A stretch of DNA of 64,000 bases from an uncultured Gammaproteobacteria bacterium (GTDB taxonomy: Bacteria; Patescibacteriota; Patescibacteriia; UBA1558; 2-01-FULL-52-15). Below the pieces are notes generated by a model, which was given only the letters and a program-made list of their open reading frames with translations, had not been told where the DNA came from and made no database searches. Position numbers and translations under genes: made by a program. Position 1 is the stretch's first letter; the number at the start of each line of letters is the position of its first letter. Where the stretch lies: contig CAYOCJ010000001.1 in the NCBI GenBank assembly GCA_964402565.1, positions 416,079 through 480,078 of the forward strand, written 5' to 3'. Below, one piece after another: positions 19,695 to 30,103 of this stretch.

Positions 19695-20089
19695 ACTATA
19701 CACTCTTCACCGATGGAGGATCTCGCGGCAATCCGGGTCAGGCTGCTATAGGCGGAGTAATTTATGGAGATACCGCTGTGATCGCTGAGTATTCAGAGGC
19801 CATTGGCATCGCAACGAATAATCAGGCAGAGTACCGGTCGCTCATAGCCGGCCTGACATTGGCTTCGTATCACCATGTGCGCCGTCTTTCCTGCTATTTG
19901 GACAGCGAGCTTGTCGTGAAACAGCTTAACGGTGCGTATAAAATTAAAGATGCAGACATTCGGGCAAGGCACGATGAGATACAACGGCTCATAGTACAGT
20001 TCGATGCGCTCTCATTTACACATATACCCCGAGAAAAGAATGTACGTGCCGATGAGTTAGTAAATGCTGCACTTGACAAGAGTGTATAA
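19691..20089 (+). CDS. rnhA: ribonuclease HI
   Basis: LFTDGGSRGNPG...NNQAEYRSLIAGL...D..LV RNase H fold motifs. ATGA overlap with recJ. Confidence 0.85.
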   Translation: MNYTLFTDGGSRGNPGQAAIGGVIYGDTAVIAEYSEAIGIATNNQAEYRSLIAGLTLASYHHVRRLSCYLDSELVVKQLNGAYKIKDADIRARHDEIQRLIVQFDALSFTHIPREKNVRADELVNAALDKSV

Positions 20090-20141
20090 CTCTTGTTTTT
20101 TATACTCCTTAATGATATTGTTGTGTGGAAAAGGAAGCTCC

Positions 20142-21149
20142 ATGCAAACCAAAACATTCAACTGGCCTGACCTTGGCCATGACCTTCAGGCAAAATATAT
20201 ACAGCGCGGAATCACTGACAAAACTTTGGCGCATGCTTTCATATTGTACGGACCGAGCGGCATAGGAAAAGAAGTTTTTGCAAAAAACAGTGCAAATAGC
20301 ATTGTTTGTTCTGATGACCTGAACCGCCCCTGCGGACATTGCCAAAATTGCATTTCAGCAAAAGCCGGTTTACATCCTGATGTGCATAGTATCGCTCCGT
20401 CCGAAGACGGTTCCATAAGCGTCGATCAGATCCGCGACCTGAAACGAACGCTCTATTTTCATCCGGTCCTTTCATCGCAAAAAGTAGCAATCCTGTCGCA
20501 GGCACATACCATGACGATGACCGCGGCCAATGCTTTGCTCAAAATCCTTGAAGAACCTCCGAAAGGCGTTACGATCTTTTTGATCGCTGATACATTACAA
20601 CATATTCCGACTACAGTTCTCTCGCGCTGCCAGGTGATGCGCTTCACACCGGCTTCACGCGATACGCTCGAGCGGTCGCTCGACAGTCTCAGCGATGATG
20701 CGGAACTGAAAGCCATGATTGCGCACTACGCTCAGGGCCGCGTCATGATGGCCAAAGATATACTCAATGATTCGGCTACGCGATATACGGAGCGAACGGG
20801 AGAAATTATCGGTTTGCTCGAGTCATCGTTACTCGAACGCATGTTACAAGCACCTCAGCTTGCTCACTACGTGCAGGACGATAGTGAAACAGATATTGAT
20901 CAACGTACCGAAAAGGATTTTGCTTCATTGGACGTGCTTGAAACGCTGCTGCGCGATGTCATGCTTTTGCAGGCTGGCGTTACTCGCATCGCGAACACAG
21001 GTTTTGAAAGCCGGCTCAGGCGCATTGCTGATCGCATGCCGTTGTCACAGGCAAGGGGGTTGCTGCACGGTCTTTCAGAATTGCGCTTGAAACTCCGCAC
21101 CTATGCACAGGCCCAATTAGCATGGGAATATTTTTTTATTAATTCATAA
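20142..21149 (+). CDS. holB: DNA polymerase III delta-prime subunit
   Basis: AHAFILYGPSGIGKE degenerate Walker A and Zn module CGHCQNC. Start placed at MQTKTF. Confidence 0.8.
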   Translation: MQTKTFNWPDLGHDLQAKYIQRGITDKTLAHAFILYGPSGIGKEVFAKNSANSIVCSDDLNRPCGHCQNCISAKAGLHPDVHSIAPSEDGSISVDQIRDLKRTLYFHPVLSSQKVAILSQAHTMTMTAANALLKILEEPPKGVTIFLIADTLQHIPTTVLSRCQVMRFTPASRDTLERSLDSLSDDAELKAMIAHYAQGRVMMAKDILNDSATRYTERTGEIIGLLESSLLERMLQAPQLAHYVQDDSETDIDQRTEKDFASLDVLETLLRDVMLLQAGVTRIANTGFESRLRRIADRMPLSQARGLLHGLSELRLKLRTYAQAQLAWEYFFINS

Positions 21150-22270
21150 TGATTATGTACAGACGACTAGGGATACTTTTTATTGCATCATTGCTGCTCA
21201 GTGGCTGCATCTCGCTGAAAAGCTCGCAAAACAGCCAAGTTCCTGTTCTTCCCGCGGCTGGCTTGTTTAAAACTACGACTAAGGGAGAAACGTGGCTCCA
21301 AAAAGGTGATCTCTATACGGTCGGCGGCGTAGCGCAGAAAATAGCATACGGCGATATCATGTTCATCAAAGTAGACCCGCTTGATCCGAATGCGCTCTAT
21401 ATCGGCACCGATGCTGGCTTGTATTATTCATATAATCGCGGCGAAGGCTGGTTCCGGACGCTCGAAGGGAAAGGGCTGGTAAATGATATTGCAGTGGACC
21501 CGACAGATAAATGCACCATCTACGCTGCCATCAATATCTATGTGTATAAGACCACTGATTGCGCGAGAACATGGAATGCGATCCACTTTTCATCCCTCAC
21601 TGGCCAATTCTTCACCTCGATACTGGTTAGCAAGGCTGACAGTAATTTGATATTCCTCGGCGCATCAGATGGTGCGATGCTCTATTCAAAAAATGCCGGG
21701 GTTTCCTGGGAAGTATTTAAAGTATTTGACAGCACCATCATCACGCGCATGATGCAGCACCCGAAAGACCCAAAGAGCTTTTATGTCATGACGCCGCGCT
21801 ATGGCATCCAGGAAACCACCGATAATGGCGTTACCTGGAAGACCTTGCATGACCTGCCGGTCCGTTCGGCAGACGGCACTATCATGCAGCTCGCGCCCAA
21901 TACTCCGACGACATTAAAGGATTTGCCCGGTGCCCTGAAATTTTATGATCTGCAGTTTGACCCGTCGCAGAGCGATGGTTTGATTTATGCGAGCGGCTAT
22001 GGTATTTTCAGACTGATCAACGGCGAGTATTGGCAGGAAATTCAGATTTTGAGCAAGCCGCAAGCTGAAATCGTATATACCGTGACGCTTGACGCTACCG
22101 GAACAAACTTGTATTTCGCGACCAATGGAGCCTTTTACCGGTCAGAAAATGGCGGTAAAGACTGGAGTGTGAGAAAACTCCCCGCAACAGGCCAGCCTCG
22201 CTTCGTCGTCAGCGAACCTGATGCAGCCGGCGAACTCTATATCGGGTTTTATTCTCCGCCGAAGAAGTAA
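21149..22270 (+). CDS. lipoprotein with BNR/Asp-box (Ycf48/sortilin-like) beta-propeller repeats
   Basis: Lipobox LLSGC, and repeated S/T-x-D/N-x-G-x-T/S-W motifs (NRGEGW, TDCARTW, NAGVSW, DNGVTW, NGGKDW). Confidence 0.7.
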   Translation: MIMYRRLGILFIASLLLSGCISLKSSQNSQVPVLPAAGLFKTTTKGETWLQKGDLYTVGGVAQKIAYGDIMFIKVDPLDPNALYIGTDAGLYYSYNRGEGWFRTLEGKGLVNDIAVDPTDKCTIYAAINIYVYKTTDCARTWNAIHFSSLTGQFFTSILVSKADSNLIFLGASDGAMLYSKNAGVSWEVFKVFDSTIITRMMQHPKDPKSFYVMTPRYGIQETTDNGVTWKTLHDLPVRSADGTIMQLAPNTPTTLKDLPGALKFYDLQFDPSQSDGLIYASGYGIFRLINGEYWQEIQILSKPQAEIVYTVTLDATGTNLYFATNGAFYRSENGGKDWSVRKLPATGQPRFVVSEPDAAGELYIGFYSPPKK

Positions 22271-22281
22271 CGCTAACATCT

Positions 22282-22833
22282 ATGGAAGACATCCAAAGCA
22301 CCAAGGTAAAACTTGATGAATGCATCGCATACTTCAAGAATGATATCGCAACCCTGAGAACGGGCCGCGCGACTCCGTCGCTAGTCGAACATATCCAGAT
22401 CGAAGCCTATGGAGCCCGAACACCATTGATCCATATGGCAACTATAACAGCACCTGATCCTCGCACTATTCTTATTCAGCCATGGGACAAATCCCTGCTT
22501 AAGGATGTTGAGAAAGGGATCAGCCTTTCTGACCTTCATATCAATCCTGTTATCGATGGTGTGCTCATCCGATTGTCCTTGCCTCAGCTGACTGAGGAGA
22601 ATAGGAAAAACCTGGTTAAATTACTCCATCAAAAGGCAGAAGCTTGCAAGGTAACGATTCGGCAGCAGCGCGAAAAGGCGCGCAGTGATGTTACCCGTGC
22701 GAATGATGAAGGTACGCTGTCAGAAGACCAGAAATTTAAAATGCACAAACAGCTCGATGAAATGGTCAAAGAATATAATGACCAGGTGCACATGATCGAG
22801 GCAGAAAAAGAAAAAGAAATAATGACCATATAA
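22282..22833 (+). CDS. frr: ribosome recycling factor
   Basis: Full-length RRF similarity (LRTGRA...P.L...I.V..YG..TPL). Confidence 0.9.
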   Translation: MEDIQSTKVKLDECIAYFKNDIATLRTGRATPSLVEHIQIEAYGARTPLIHMATITAPDPRTILIQPWDKSLLKDVEKGISLSDLHINPVIDGVLIRLSLPQLTEENRKNLVKLLHQKAEACKVTIRQQREKARSDVTRANDEGTLSEDQKFKMHKQLDEMVKEYNDQVHMIEAEKEKEIMTI

Positions 22834-22834
22834 C

Positions 22835-23944
22835 ATGCTTGTATCCGTGATCAGTTTTATCGTTATTTTAGGGCTCCTGGTTTTTGTACATGAGCTGGGG
22901 CACTTTATCACTGCGAAGCGCATGGGTGTGCGCGTGGATGAGTTCGGCTTTGGCTTCCCGCCGCGCATCTTTGGCATACGCCGCAAGGGTACGCTGTACT
23001 CGCTTAACTGGATACCGCTGGGCGGCTTCGTAAAAATAAAGGGTGAAGCGGGAGAATTTGAAAATGACCCTGACAGTTTTTCCCATAAGAAAGCCTGGCA
23101 GAGGATCAGCATACTTTCTGCCGGAGTTTTCATGAACTTTATTCTGGCATTTGTGTTATTGTCTGTTGGGTTCATGATCGGCATGCCGCAAGAGCTCGGG
23201 GATGATGCTGCTTCGGCAACTGCCCGTGACATCCATATCTTAGTCATCGAGGTTGAGAAGGGAAGCCCTGCAGAGGCAGCGCATATGCAGGCGGGGGATA
23301 TTTTGCAGTCGCTTGACGGGAATTCATTTAATAATCCTGATGACGTGATTGCCTACATTCAAAATCATGCAAACTCCGCGATTTCGATCGACATCAAACG
23401 GGGAGCTGCGGACATACAGGAACGCGTCACACCGGCAAGCTATGGCAATCATCCAACTCCGCTTCTGGGAATCAAAATGGCCAGGACCGGAACGATTCAC
23501 TATGGTTTTTTTGAATCGTGGTCTCGGGGCGCTCAGGCGACGATCGTTTTGATCGGGCTTATTCTTGCTGCGTTTTGGGGATTATTGAGCAGCCTGCTGC
23601 ATGGTATTGGCGTCGGAGACCAGATCTCAGGACCCGTGGGCGTTGCTGTTTTGACCGGACAAGTTGCTCATCTGGGGCTGCCGTATTTGATAAATTTTGC
23701 AGCAATGCTTTCAATAAATTTAGGCATTCTCAACATTATCCCATTTCCTGCGCTCGATGGAGGACGAGTTCTCTTTGTTATTCTTGAAAAGATCAAAGGC
23801 AGGCCGATCAATGCCCGCGTCGAAGGGGTCTTCCATACTATTGGGTTCTCGCTGCTGATCTTGCTGGTGCTGGTGGTGACCTATCGCGACATCATGCACT
23901 ATGGTGCAGACATCCTTCGGAGCTTAAGAAATCTTGTGAGCTGA
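22835..23944 (+). CDS. rseP: RIP metalloprotease RseP (site-2 protease)
   Basis: HELGHF zinc motif in TM1, a PDZ domain, and a C-terminal LDGG region. Confidence 0.85.
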   Translation: MLVSVISFIVILGLLVFVHELGHFITAKRMGVRVDEFGFGFPPRIFGIRRKGTLYSLNWIPLGGFVKIKGEAGEFENDPDSFSHKKAWQRISILSAGVFMNFILAFVLLSVGFMIGMPQELGDDAASATARDIHILVIEVEKGSPAEAAHMQAGDILQSLDGNSFNNPDDVIAYIQNHANSAISIDIKRGAADIQERVTPASYGNHPTPLLGIKMARTGTIHYGFFESWSRGAQATIVLIGLILAAFWGLLSSLLHGIGVGDQISGPVGVAVLTGQVAHLGLPYLINFAAMLSINLGILNIIPFPALDGGRVLFVILEKIKGRPINARVEGVFHTIGFSLLILLVLVVTYRDIMHYGADILRSLRNLVS

Positions 23945-23945
23945 C

Positions 23946-24995
23946 ATGGCGCTTATCGGAAATCTCATTAACAGGAATTTCGGCAAGAATATCAGCATCG
24001 ATCTGGGCACGTCATCGGTGCTCATTTATGTTGCAGGCCAGGGCATCATCGTCAATGAACCGTCAGTTGTAGCTATCAATAACCGTACTGAGCAAATCCT
24101 TGCTGTGGGCAATGACGCAAAGGTCATGCTTGGAAAAACGCCAGCCTACATTACTATTTCTCGTCCGCTGATTGACGGGGTCATTTCTGATTTCGAGGTG
24201 ACTGAGAAAATGATCAAGCATTTTATCAATAAGATACAGAAAGAGCATTTTGCATTCATGCCCCGTGCGAAAGTCCTCATCGGCGTGCCATTGGATGTGA
24301 CGGAGGTCGAACGCAAGGCAGTAGAGGATGCGGTGATAGGCGCTGGTGCAAAGGAAGTCTATCTGATCGAGGAGCCAATGGCAGCAGCTATAGGCGCAGG
24401 TCTGCAGGTGCAGGAAGCGCAGGCAAATATGATCGTTGATATCGGCGGCGGCACAACAGATATTGCAGTGATTTCGCTCGGCGGCATTGTGACGTGGAAA
24501 TCTTTGAAATTAGCCGGTGAAAAATTGAATGATGTGATCGTACAGTATATTCGCGAGAAGTATAATATCCTGCTTGGAGAGAAAACGAGCGAAGAGGTCA
24601 AGATGCAGATCGGGTCAGTGCTCCCGCTGGAGGAGGAATTAGAAATGCTCATCCGTGGCAGAGACCTCCTGACCGGCTTGCCGAAAGAGATCACGATAAA
24701 TTCACAGGAAATTCGCGAGGCGATGTCACGCATGGTGAAATTGATCGTAGAGAACATCAAGGTTACGGTCGAGAATACGCCGCCAGAATTGGTTGCCGAT
24801 CTGTATCAACGGGGCATGGTCATTTCCGGGGGCGGCGCATTGCTGCGCAATATTGATAAGCTGATCGAGCGGGAAACGAGAATTCCTGTTCATGTAGCAA
24901 ATGACCCGTTAACGACAGTGGTACGGGGCGCTGGCTTAATACTTGAGGATCTGCAAAACTCGCGGGGCATGATCTTGCCTTCGTCTAAGAGATAA
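23946..24995 (+). CDS. mreB: rod shape-determining protein MreB
   Basis: Actin-fold phosphate-1 motif ISIDLGTSS and NEPSVVAI. Followed by mreC and mreD. Confidence 0.9.
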   Translation: MALIGNLINRNFGKNISIDLGTSSVLIYVAGQGIIVNEPSVVAINNRTEQILAVGNDAKVMLGKTPAYITISRPLIDGVISDFEVTEKMIKHFINKIQKEHFAFMPRAKVLIGVPLDVTEVERKAVEDAVIGAGAKEVYLIEEPMAAAIGAGLQVQEAQANMIVDIGGGTTDIAVISLGGIVTWKSLKLAGEKLNDVIVQYIREKYNILLGEKTSEEVKMQIGSVLPLEEELEMLIRGRDLLTGLPKEITINSQEIREAMSRMVKLIVENIKVTVENTPPELVADLYQRGMVISGGGALLRNIDKLIERETRIPVHVANDPLTTVVRGAGLILEDLQNSRGMILPSSKR

Positions 24996-25000
24996 GAGCT

Positions 25001-25747
25001 ATGGCTTCGAATTCACGCCGATATCCATGGATTGGCGGCATTGTGGCGCTGAGCATTGTCTGTATCATCCTATTGAATTTTTTTGTGGGCTGGCGCTGGG
25101 TCCCTGCTCAGTTTTTTATGTTTGAACAAAGCATGCGCGGCACGCTGCAGCCTGCTGCAGAAGATTGGAATACTGAACGTTCGCAGCTCTTGACGCAGGT
25201 CGCCCAATTGAAGGGGCTTGCAGACGAAAATGCTCATTTGCGCGATGAATTGCATTTTTTTGCAAAGAAAAAATATGCCTATACGATAGCGAATACGATC
25301 AGCCGCGACCCGCTGTCGTCATCATTGGTATACCTTGACGCAGGGAGTGACGACGGCGTTGCTGTCGGGCAGCCAGTGGTCATAGGAGACGGCATTTTGA
25401 TAGGAAAAATACTGAAGGTAAGCAATAAGAATGCTACTCTCGAGTTATTGACGAGCGACGGTGCGCGCATTGCCGTCAAAGGCCTGGATGATGCGAGCAC
25501 GAGCGGCGTTCTCAGAGGCACACTTGGCACAGGATCGCGGCTCGAGTATATCCGCGAAGTGCAGGCAGTCCCTGTCGGCACGGTTCTCGTCACCTCGGGC
25601 CTCGAACCATTAGTGCCGCAAGGCCTGGTCGTAGGCATGATAAAAAAAATCACCGAAAATGAAAATGCCCTTTTTGCATATGCGGATGTGCTTCCTGTGG
25701 CTGACCTGACTCAATTAAGCATCGTATCAGTGTTACGTGGCATATGA
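25001..25747 (+). CDS. mreC: rod shape-determining protein MreC
   Basis: N-terminal TM, coiled coil and beta-rich C-terminal. Position between mreB and mreD. Confidence 0.75.
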   Translation: MASNSRRYPWIGGIVALSIVCIILLNFFVGWRWVPAQFFMFEQSMRGTLQPAAEDWNTERSQLLTQVAQLKGLADENAHLRDELHFFAKKKYAYTIANTISRDPLSSSLVYLDAGSDDGVAVGQPVVIGDGILIGKILKVSNKNATLELLTSDGARIAVKGLDDASTSGVLRGTLGTGSRLEYIREVQAVPVGTVLVTSGLEPLVPQGLVVGMIKKITENENALFAYADVLPVADLTQLSIVSVLRGI

Positions 25748-26235
25748 AAGCGGCATCTATTTTTGTATTTTCATATTGTGCAGTGATGCTGTACTTTATT
25801 TTTTTGAATGCAACACCGTTTGCATGGTTTCCATTTGTTTTTATTTTGTTCGTACTTTTTTACCATTCTTCGCACTATGCCCACGGCTGGCTTATGGCTG
25901 TGATCATGGGGCTATTGCTGGACATTCATTTTCAGTTCATCGGGCCGTATCTTGGTATTTTCGTCCTTACTATGGTGGTGATCAAATGGACCCATGATCA
26001 CACCAGCTCGTGGCAGTCACTGCCAGCTGCCCTTATCGTGATGGGTGCAGCGAGCATATGGTATATCCTTGCACTTTTTACTGTGTCGGGTCTGATCAAC
26101 GGCTTCCAGCATTATTATGCGGGACCAGGGACCGTCTACGCGTTAATAAGCATGGTCATAGTAACCTGGTTCGCGCTTGTTATCGGCGTCATTGGTATTC
26201 GCAGCATGCGTAAAGCGCTCGGCTATGCGCGGTGA
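25744..26235 (+). CDS. mreD: rod shape-determining protein MreD (polytopic membrane)
   Basis: Small multi-TM protein following mreC with an ATGA overlap. Confidence 0.65.
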   Translation: MKAASIFVFSYCAVMLYFIFLNATPFAWFPFVFILFVLFYHSSHYAHGWLMAVIMGLLLDIHFQFIGPYLGIFVLTMVVIKWTHDHTSSWQSLPAALIVMGAASIWYILALFTVSGLINGFQHYYAGPGTVYALISMVIVTWFALVIGVIGIRSMRKALGYAR

Positions 26236-28126
26236 GAATCCGTTCAAAATTCACGAAGGTTCTATACAAGACCGAAAACTCGCCGGTTATAATGCCGGCA
26301 GAAGCTCGGGTGATAACCTGTTGTTCATGCCGGATTTTTCCGGTTGGCTCGGCAAGAACCTCAAAAATAAACACCTGCTCTACTTCTATCTTTTCGTAGG
26401 TCTTGTTTTTGCTACCCTGTTAACGCGGGTTTTGTATTTGCAGGGCGTGAAAGGTTCAGATTTCTTCGCGCTTGCAGAGAAAAATAGAATTAAAACCATA
26501 CGGTTAAAAGCCCCTCGCGGCATTTTATACGATCGTTACGAGCGGCCTTTGGTGAAGAATATTTCAACGTTTTCGGCGTACGTGAACCCACAGCTTTTGC
26601 AAAATGACGCGCAAGCGCAATCTCTTGAAACGTATATTCATGACAAATTTCCTGAAGCTTCCGAACGATTGCATCCGATGTTCCAAAATTACCGTCGCCA
26701 TGGACAAGAGGAGTTGATAGCTGAGGATATTCCTTATGAGACCGCAATGCAATTGTTGATCGCCTCGTCTGAGAATGCGGCATTGCAGGTAAGCTTCGTG
26801 CCGCGCAGAGATTATCTGATTGCTGATGGCCTGGCGCCTGCGCTCGGTTATGTCGGGAGTATCACTGCTGATGAGCTGAAGGATAATCCAAAATATGAGT
26901 TTAACGATGTCATCGGGAAGGCCGGCCTCGAGAAGCAATATGAGTCTGTTCTGAGAGGAAATGACGGTTTCCAGAAGATCGAAGTCGATGCCCTCGGCAG
27001 GGAAAAGGGGGAACTTGCCCTGACGGCACCCGAAAAGGGTACTGACATAGGCCTCACGATTGATGTGGATATTCAAAAAAAATTATTTGAAGTATTGAGC
27101 GATGCCAGCAAAGCAAATGGCGGCACGCCCGCTGCCGGCATCATTATGGTTCCAAATACCGGCGAGATCCTCGGTATCGCATCCGTTCCGTCATATGATC
27201 CGAATATATTTACCGGGACGGTCGAACCGGATGAATACAAAAAATTACTCGAAGATCCAAAGAAGCCTTTGTTTGCGCGCGCGATAGGAGGTGCCTATCC
27301 TGCAGGATCGGTTTTCAAACTAGCAATGGCAAGCGCTGCGCTTGAGGAAAAAGTTATCACCGATACGTTCACGGTCGTGAGTACCGGCGGCATTCGGCTC
27401 GGCGACCGGTTATTCCCCGACTGGAAACCAGGCGGCCATGGGGTTACAAACATCTATAAAGCGATCTCGGACTCGGTCAATACATTTTTTTACATTGTGG
27501 GAGGAGGATCTGATACGCGTCCGGGTTTAGGACCTGATCTCATCAATAAATATGCGCAGTTATTTGGATTCGGACATACGACCGGCATCGACCTGCCAGG
27601 CGAAGTTCCAGGCTTTGTTCCAAGCCGTGCATGGAAAGAGTCGCAAGGCGAGAAATGGTATCAGGGAGATACCTACAACTTATCGATAGGCCAAGGCGCA
27701 TTGACCGTGACCCCGCTTCAAATAGCGCGCTACACTTCATTTTTCGCCAGCAACGGGATTTTTAATACCCCGCATATCATGCGTGAGTATCAGCAAGGCG
27801 ATTCGAAAGTTGCCTACCGCTCTGCGCCTCAGGATGGATCATTCGTGTCGCCCGATACCATTCGTATTGTACGCCAGGGCATGCGTCGTACCATCACCGA
27901 TGGAACCGCGCGAAGCATGCAATCGGTCCATGTTGCAGTGGCGGGCAAAACTGGTACTGCACAATTTAATAGCAAGAAACAGCCGCATTCGTGGTTTACC
28001 GGCTTTGCACCATTCGACAAACCAGAAATAACGATCACCGTGCTCGTTGAAGAAGGCGGGGATAAGGGCTTTGCCGTGACTGCGGCGCGGCGCTTCCTGG
28101 AGTGGTATTTTAACGAACGATCCTAG
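26225..28126 (+). CDS. mrdA: penicillin-binding protein 2 (peptidoglycan D,D-transpeptidase)
   Basis: SxxK (GSVFK), SxN and KTGTA transpeptidase motifs. Start placed at MRGENP (26225); the ORF-track start 26177 overlaps mreD. Confidence 0.85.
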   Translation: MRGENPFKIHEGSIQDRKLAGYNAGRSSGDNLLFMPDFSGWLGKNLKNKHLLYFYLFVGLVFATLLTRVLYLQGVKGSDFFALAEKNRIKTIRLKAPRGILYDRYERPLVKNISTFSAYVNPQLLQNDAQAQSLETYIHDKFPEASERLHPMFQNYRRHGQEELIAEDIPYETAMQLLIASSENAALQVSFVPRRDYLIADGLAPALGYVGSITADELKDNPKYEFNDVIGKAGLEKQYESVLRGNDGFQKIEVDALGREKGELALTAPEKGTDIGLTIDVDIQKKLFEVLSDASKANGGTPAAGIIMVPNTGEILGIASVPSYDPNIFTGTVEPDEYKKLLEDPKKPLFARAIGGAYPAGSVFKLAMASAALEEKVITDTFTVVSTGGIRLGDRLFPDWKPGGHGVTNIYKAISDSVNTFFYIVGGGSDTRPGLGPDLINKYAQLFGFGHTTGIDLPGEVPGFVPSRAWKESQGEKWYQGDTYNLSIGQGALTVTPLQIARYTSFFASNGIFNTPHIMREYQQGDSKVAYRSAPQDGSFVSPDTIRIVRQGMRRTITDGTARSMQSVHVAVAGKTGTAQFNSKKQPHSWFTGFAPFDKPEITITVLVEEGGDKGFAVTAARRFLEWYFNERS

Positions 28127-28218
28127 CTTGACTTCGCACCGTTATTGCAGGCATACACAGTGCCGGGTTGACTGGGGTAGTAAAACCATATAGAGTTCAA
28201 CCATTACTAAGCGATCAC

Positions 28219-28677
28219 ATGGCAGATTCAATCATATTAACTTCACAGGGACTTGAGAAGTTAAAAAAAGAACTTGAGTATTTGAAAAAGGAAAAACGCG
28301 TTCAGGTATCTGAACGCATTCGTGTTGCAAAAGATTTTGGCGACCTTTCTGAGAATGCCGAGTATCATGAGGCGAAAGAGGAGCAAGCCTTCGTCGAAGG
28401 GCGGATCGCTGAGCTTGCTCAAATCATCAAGTCAGCACATGTCGCTGATCCGGTGCAAGGGACAGGAGTTAGTGTCGGCAGTACGGTCGTCGTCGACAAG
28501 AGCGGAACGCGAATGACATTTGAAATAGTCGGTGCGACCGAAGCAGATCCTACGGCCGGCAAGATCTCTCTTGAATCGCCGCTCGGACAGGCATTGCTAG
28601 GCAAAACGGTCGGCGAACAGGTCACTATCACTGCTCCGACCGGCCAGCTCGTTTATACTATTGAAGAAATCAGATAA
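28219..28677 (+). CDS. greA: transcription elongation factor GreA
   Basis: GDLSENAEYHEAKEEQ coiled-coil tip motif and FKBP-like C-domain. A TTGACT-17-TAGAGT promoter is upstream. Confidence 0.9.
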   Translation: MADSIILTSQGLEKLKKELEYLKKEKRVQVSERIRVAKDFGDLSENAEYHEAKEEQAFVEGRIAELAQIIKSAHVADPVQGTGVSVGSTVVVDKSGTRMTFEIVGATEADPTAGKISLESPLGQALLGKTVGEQVTITAPTGQLVYTIEEIR

Positions 28678-29690
28678 TGTTTATAAAGAAAATTGCGGTC
28701 GATCTGGGAACGACGTATACCCTGGTTCACGTGCCGAAGCGGGGTATTATTATCAATGAACCATCTGTTGTGGCTGTTTCAGCTATTGATAAACGCGTAC
28801 TTGCGGTGGGTGAAGAAGCGCGCGATATGATAGGCAGAACTCCTGATACAATCATTGCACGCCGTCCGCTCAAAGATGGTGTCATTGCAGATTATAAGAC
28901 CACCGAGAGCATGTTGAAATATTTCATCTCGAAAGCGACGGGTGGAGTACGTTTCTTCCGTCCTGAGGTCATGATCGCGGTTCCCGCAGGCATTACATCG
29001 ACAGAACGCCGTGCGGTCATCGATGCGACATTGAATGCCGGCGCGAAAGCAGCGTATATTATTAAGCAGCCGATCGCGGCAGCTATTGGCGCGGACATCC
29101 CGATCGGTTCAGCATCGGGCCATATGATCGTTGAGATCGGAGGCGGTACATCTGAAATCGCAGTTATTTCTTTGGGCGGTATTGTTTCGAATACTTCGGT
29201 GCGTATCGGAGGTACGCGGCTCGATGCGGCGATTCAGGAATACATCAAGCGAAAGTATAATCTTGCAATCGGCGAGCGTACTGCAGAGGATATTAAGATC
29301 AAGATCGGCTCAGCTATGTACGTGCCGAAAGATGAGAAGATGCAGATGGAGATCAAAGGCCGAGATATGATCTCTGGTTTGCCGAAAACAATGCTGGTAA
29401 CCTCTGATGATGTCACTGAAGCTCTGCAGAATGATTTGCAGGGTATCATCAATGCGGTGAAGACAGTGCTTTTTCACACGCCTCCGGAACTCTCAGCAGA
29501 TGTTATGGATAAGGGGATGGTATTGTCTGGCGGCACTTCACAACTTCGCAATATCGATAAGCTGCTTTCACAGGCGACGGGTGTCCCTGCCATGCTTGCG
29601 GACGATCCGATGCTTTGTGTGGCTCGTGGTACTGGCGTTGCCCTCGATAACCTTGAAGCATATAAGGTTAGTATTTTGTCAGCAAAGTAG
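28677..29690 (+). CDS. MreB-family actin-like protein (second paralog)
   Basis: IAVDLGTTYT, NEPSVVAV and EIGGGTSEIAVISLGGIV match MreB. It is clearly a paralog of 23946-24995. Confidence 0.85.
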   Translation: MFIKKIAVDLGTTYTLVHVPKRGIIINEPSVVAVSAIDKRVLAVGEEARDMIGRTPDTIIARRPLKDGVIADYKTTESMLKYFISKATGGVRFFRPEVMIAVPAGITSTERRAVIDATLNAGAKAAYIIKQPIAAAIGADIPIGSASGHMIVEIGGGTSEIAVISLGGIVSNTSVRIGGTRLDAAIQEYIKRKYNLAIGERTAEDIKIKIGSAMYVPKDEKMQMEIKGRDMISGLPKTMLVTSDDVTEALQNDLQGIINAVKTVLFHTPPELSADVMDKGMVLSGGTSQLRNIDKLLSQATGVPAMLADDPMLCVARGTGVALDNLEAYKVSILSAK

Positions 29691-29727
29691 ATTTGACAAA
29701 GCTGATAGCTTATTGTATAGTTTTAAA

Positions 29728-30094
29728 GCTTTAGTTATTTTGATGATCGCCGCGGTATTGGGTATACTGATACCGAGGAGGAAAGTCCGAACACCAATAT
29801 AAGAGTAGTCGATAACGTCGACCCTTCTGCATCCATAGTGCAGAAGAGGACCAGTGCAACAGAAAGTAAACCGCTCCGGCCTCGCGTCGGAGTAAGGGTG
29901 AAACCGTGAGGTAAGAGCTCACGCACGCATGCAGTGATGTATGCGTAGGGTAAACTCTACTCGGTGCAAAGCCAAATAGGCCCCGATCTTCGGGGCGGGT
30001 AGGCTGCTTGATCCTGCAGGCAACTGCAGGACTAGATAGATGATCATAGCTCTCGCAAGAGAGAACAGAATTCGGCTTATAGAATAATTGAAGC
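29728..30094 (+). ncRNA. rnpB: RNase P RNA, bacterial type A
   Basis: GAGGAGGAAAGTCCG (P4 5' strand), CCAGTGCAACAGAAAGTAAACCGC, AGTAAGGGTGAAACCGTGAGGTAAGAGCTCACG, GGGTAAACTCTACTCGGTGCAAAGCCAAATAGG and GGTAGGCTGCTTGA...CTAGATAGATGA...ACAGAATTCGGCTTAT align block-for-block with E. coli M1 RNA. P1 is paired by hand. No CDS in this region. Confidence 0.8.
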
Positions 30095-30103
30095 ATTGTT
30101 AGA

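Noticed and set aside
29731-30096. 121-aa and 63-aa minus-strand ORFs.
   Set aside because: They overlap the RNase P RNA gene, and the region is better explained as structured RNA.
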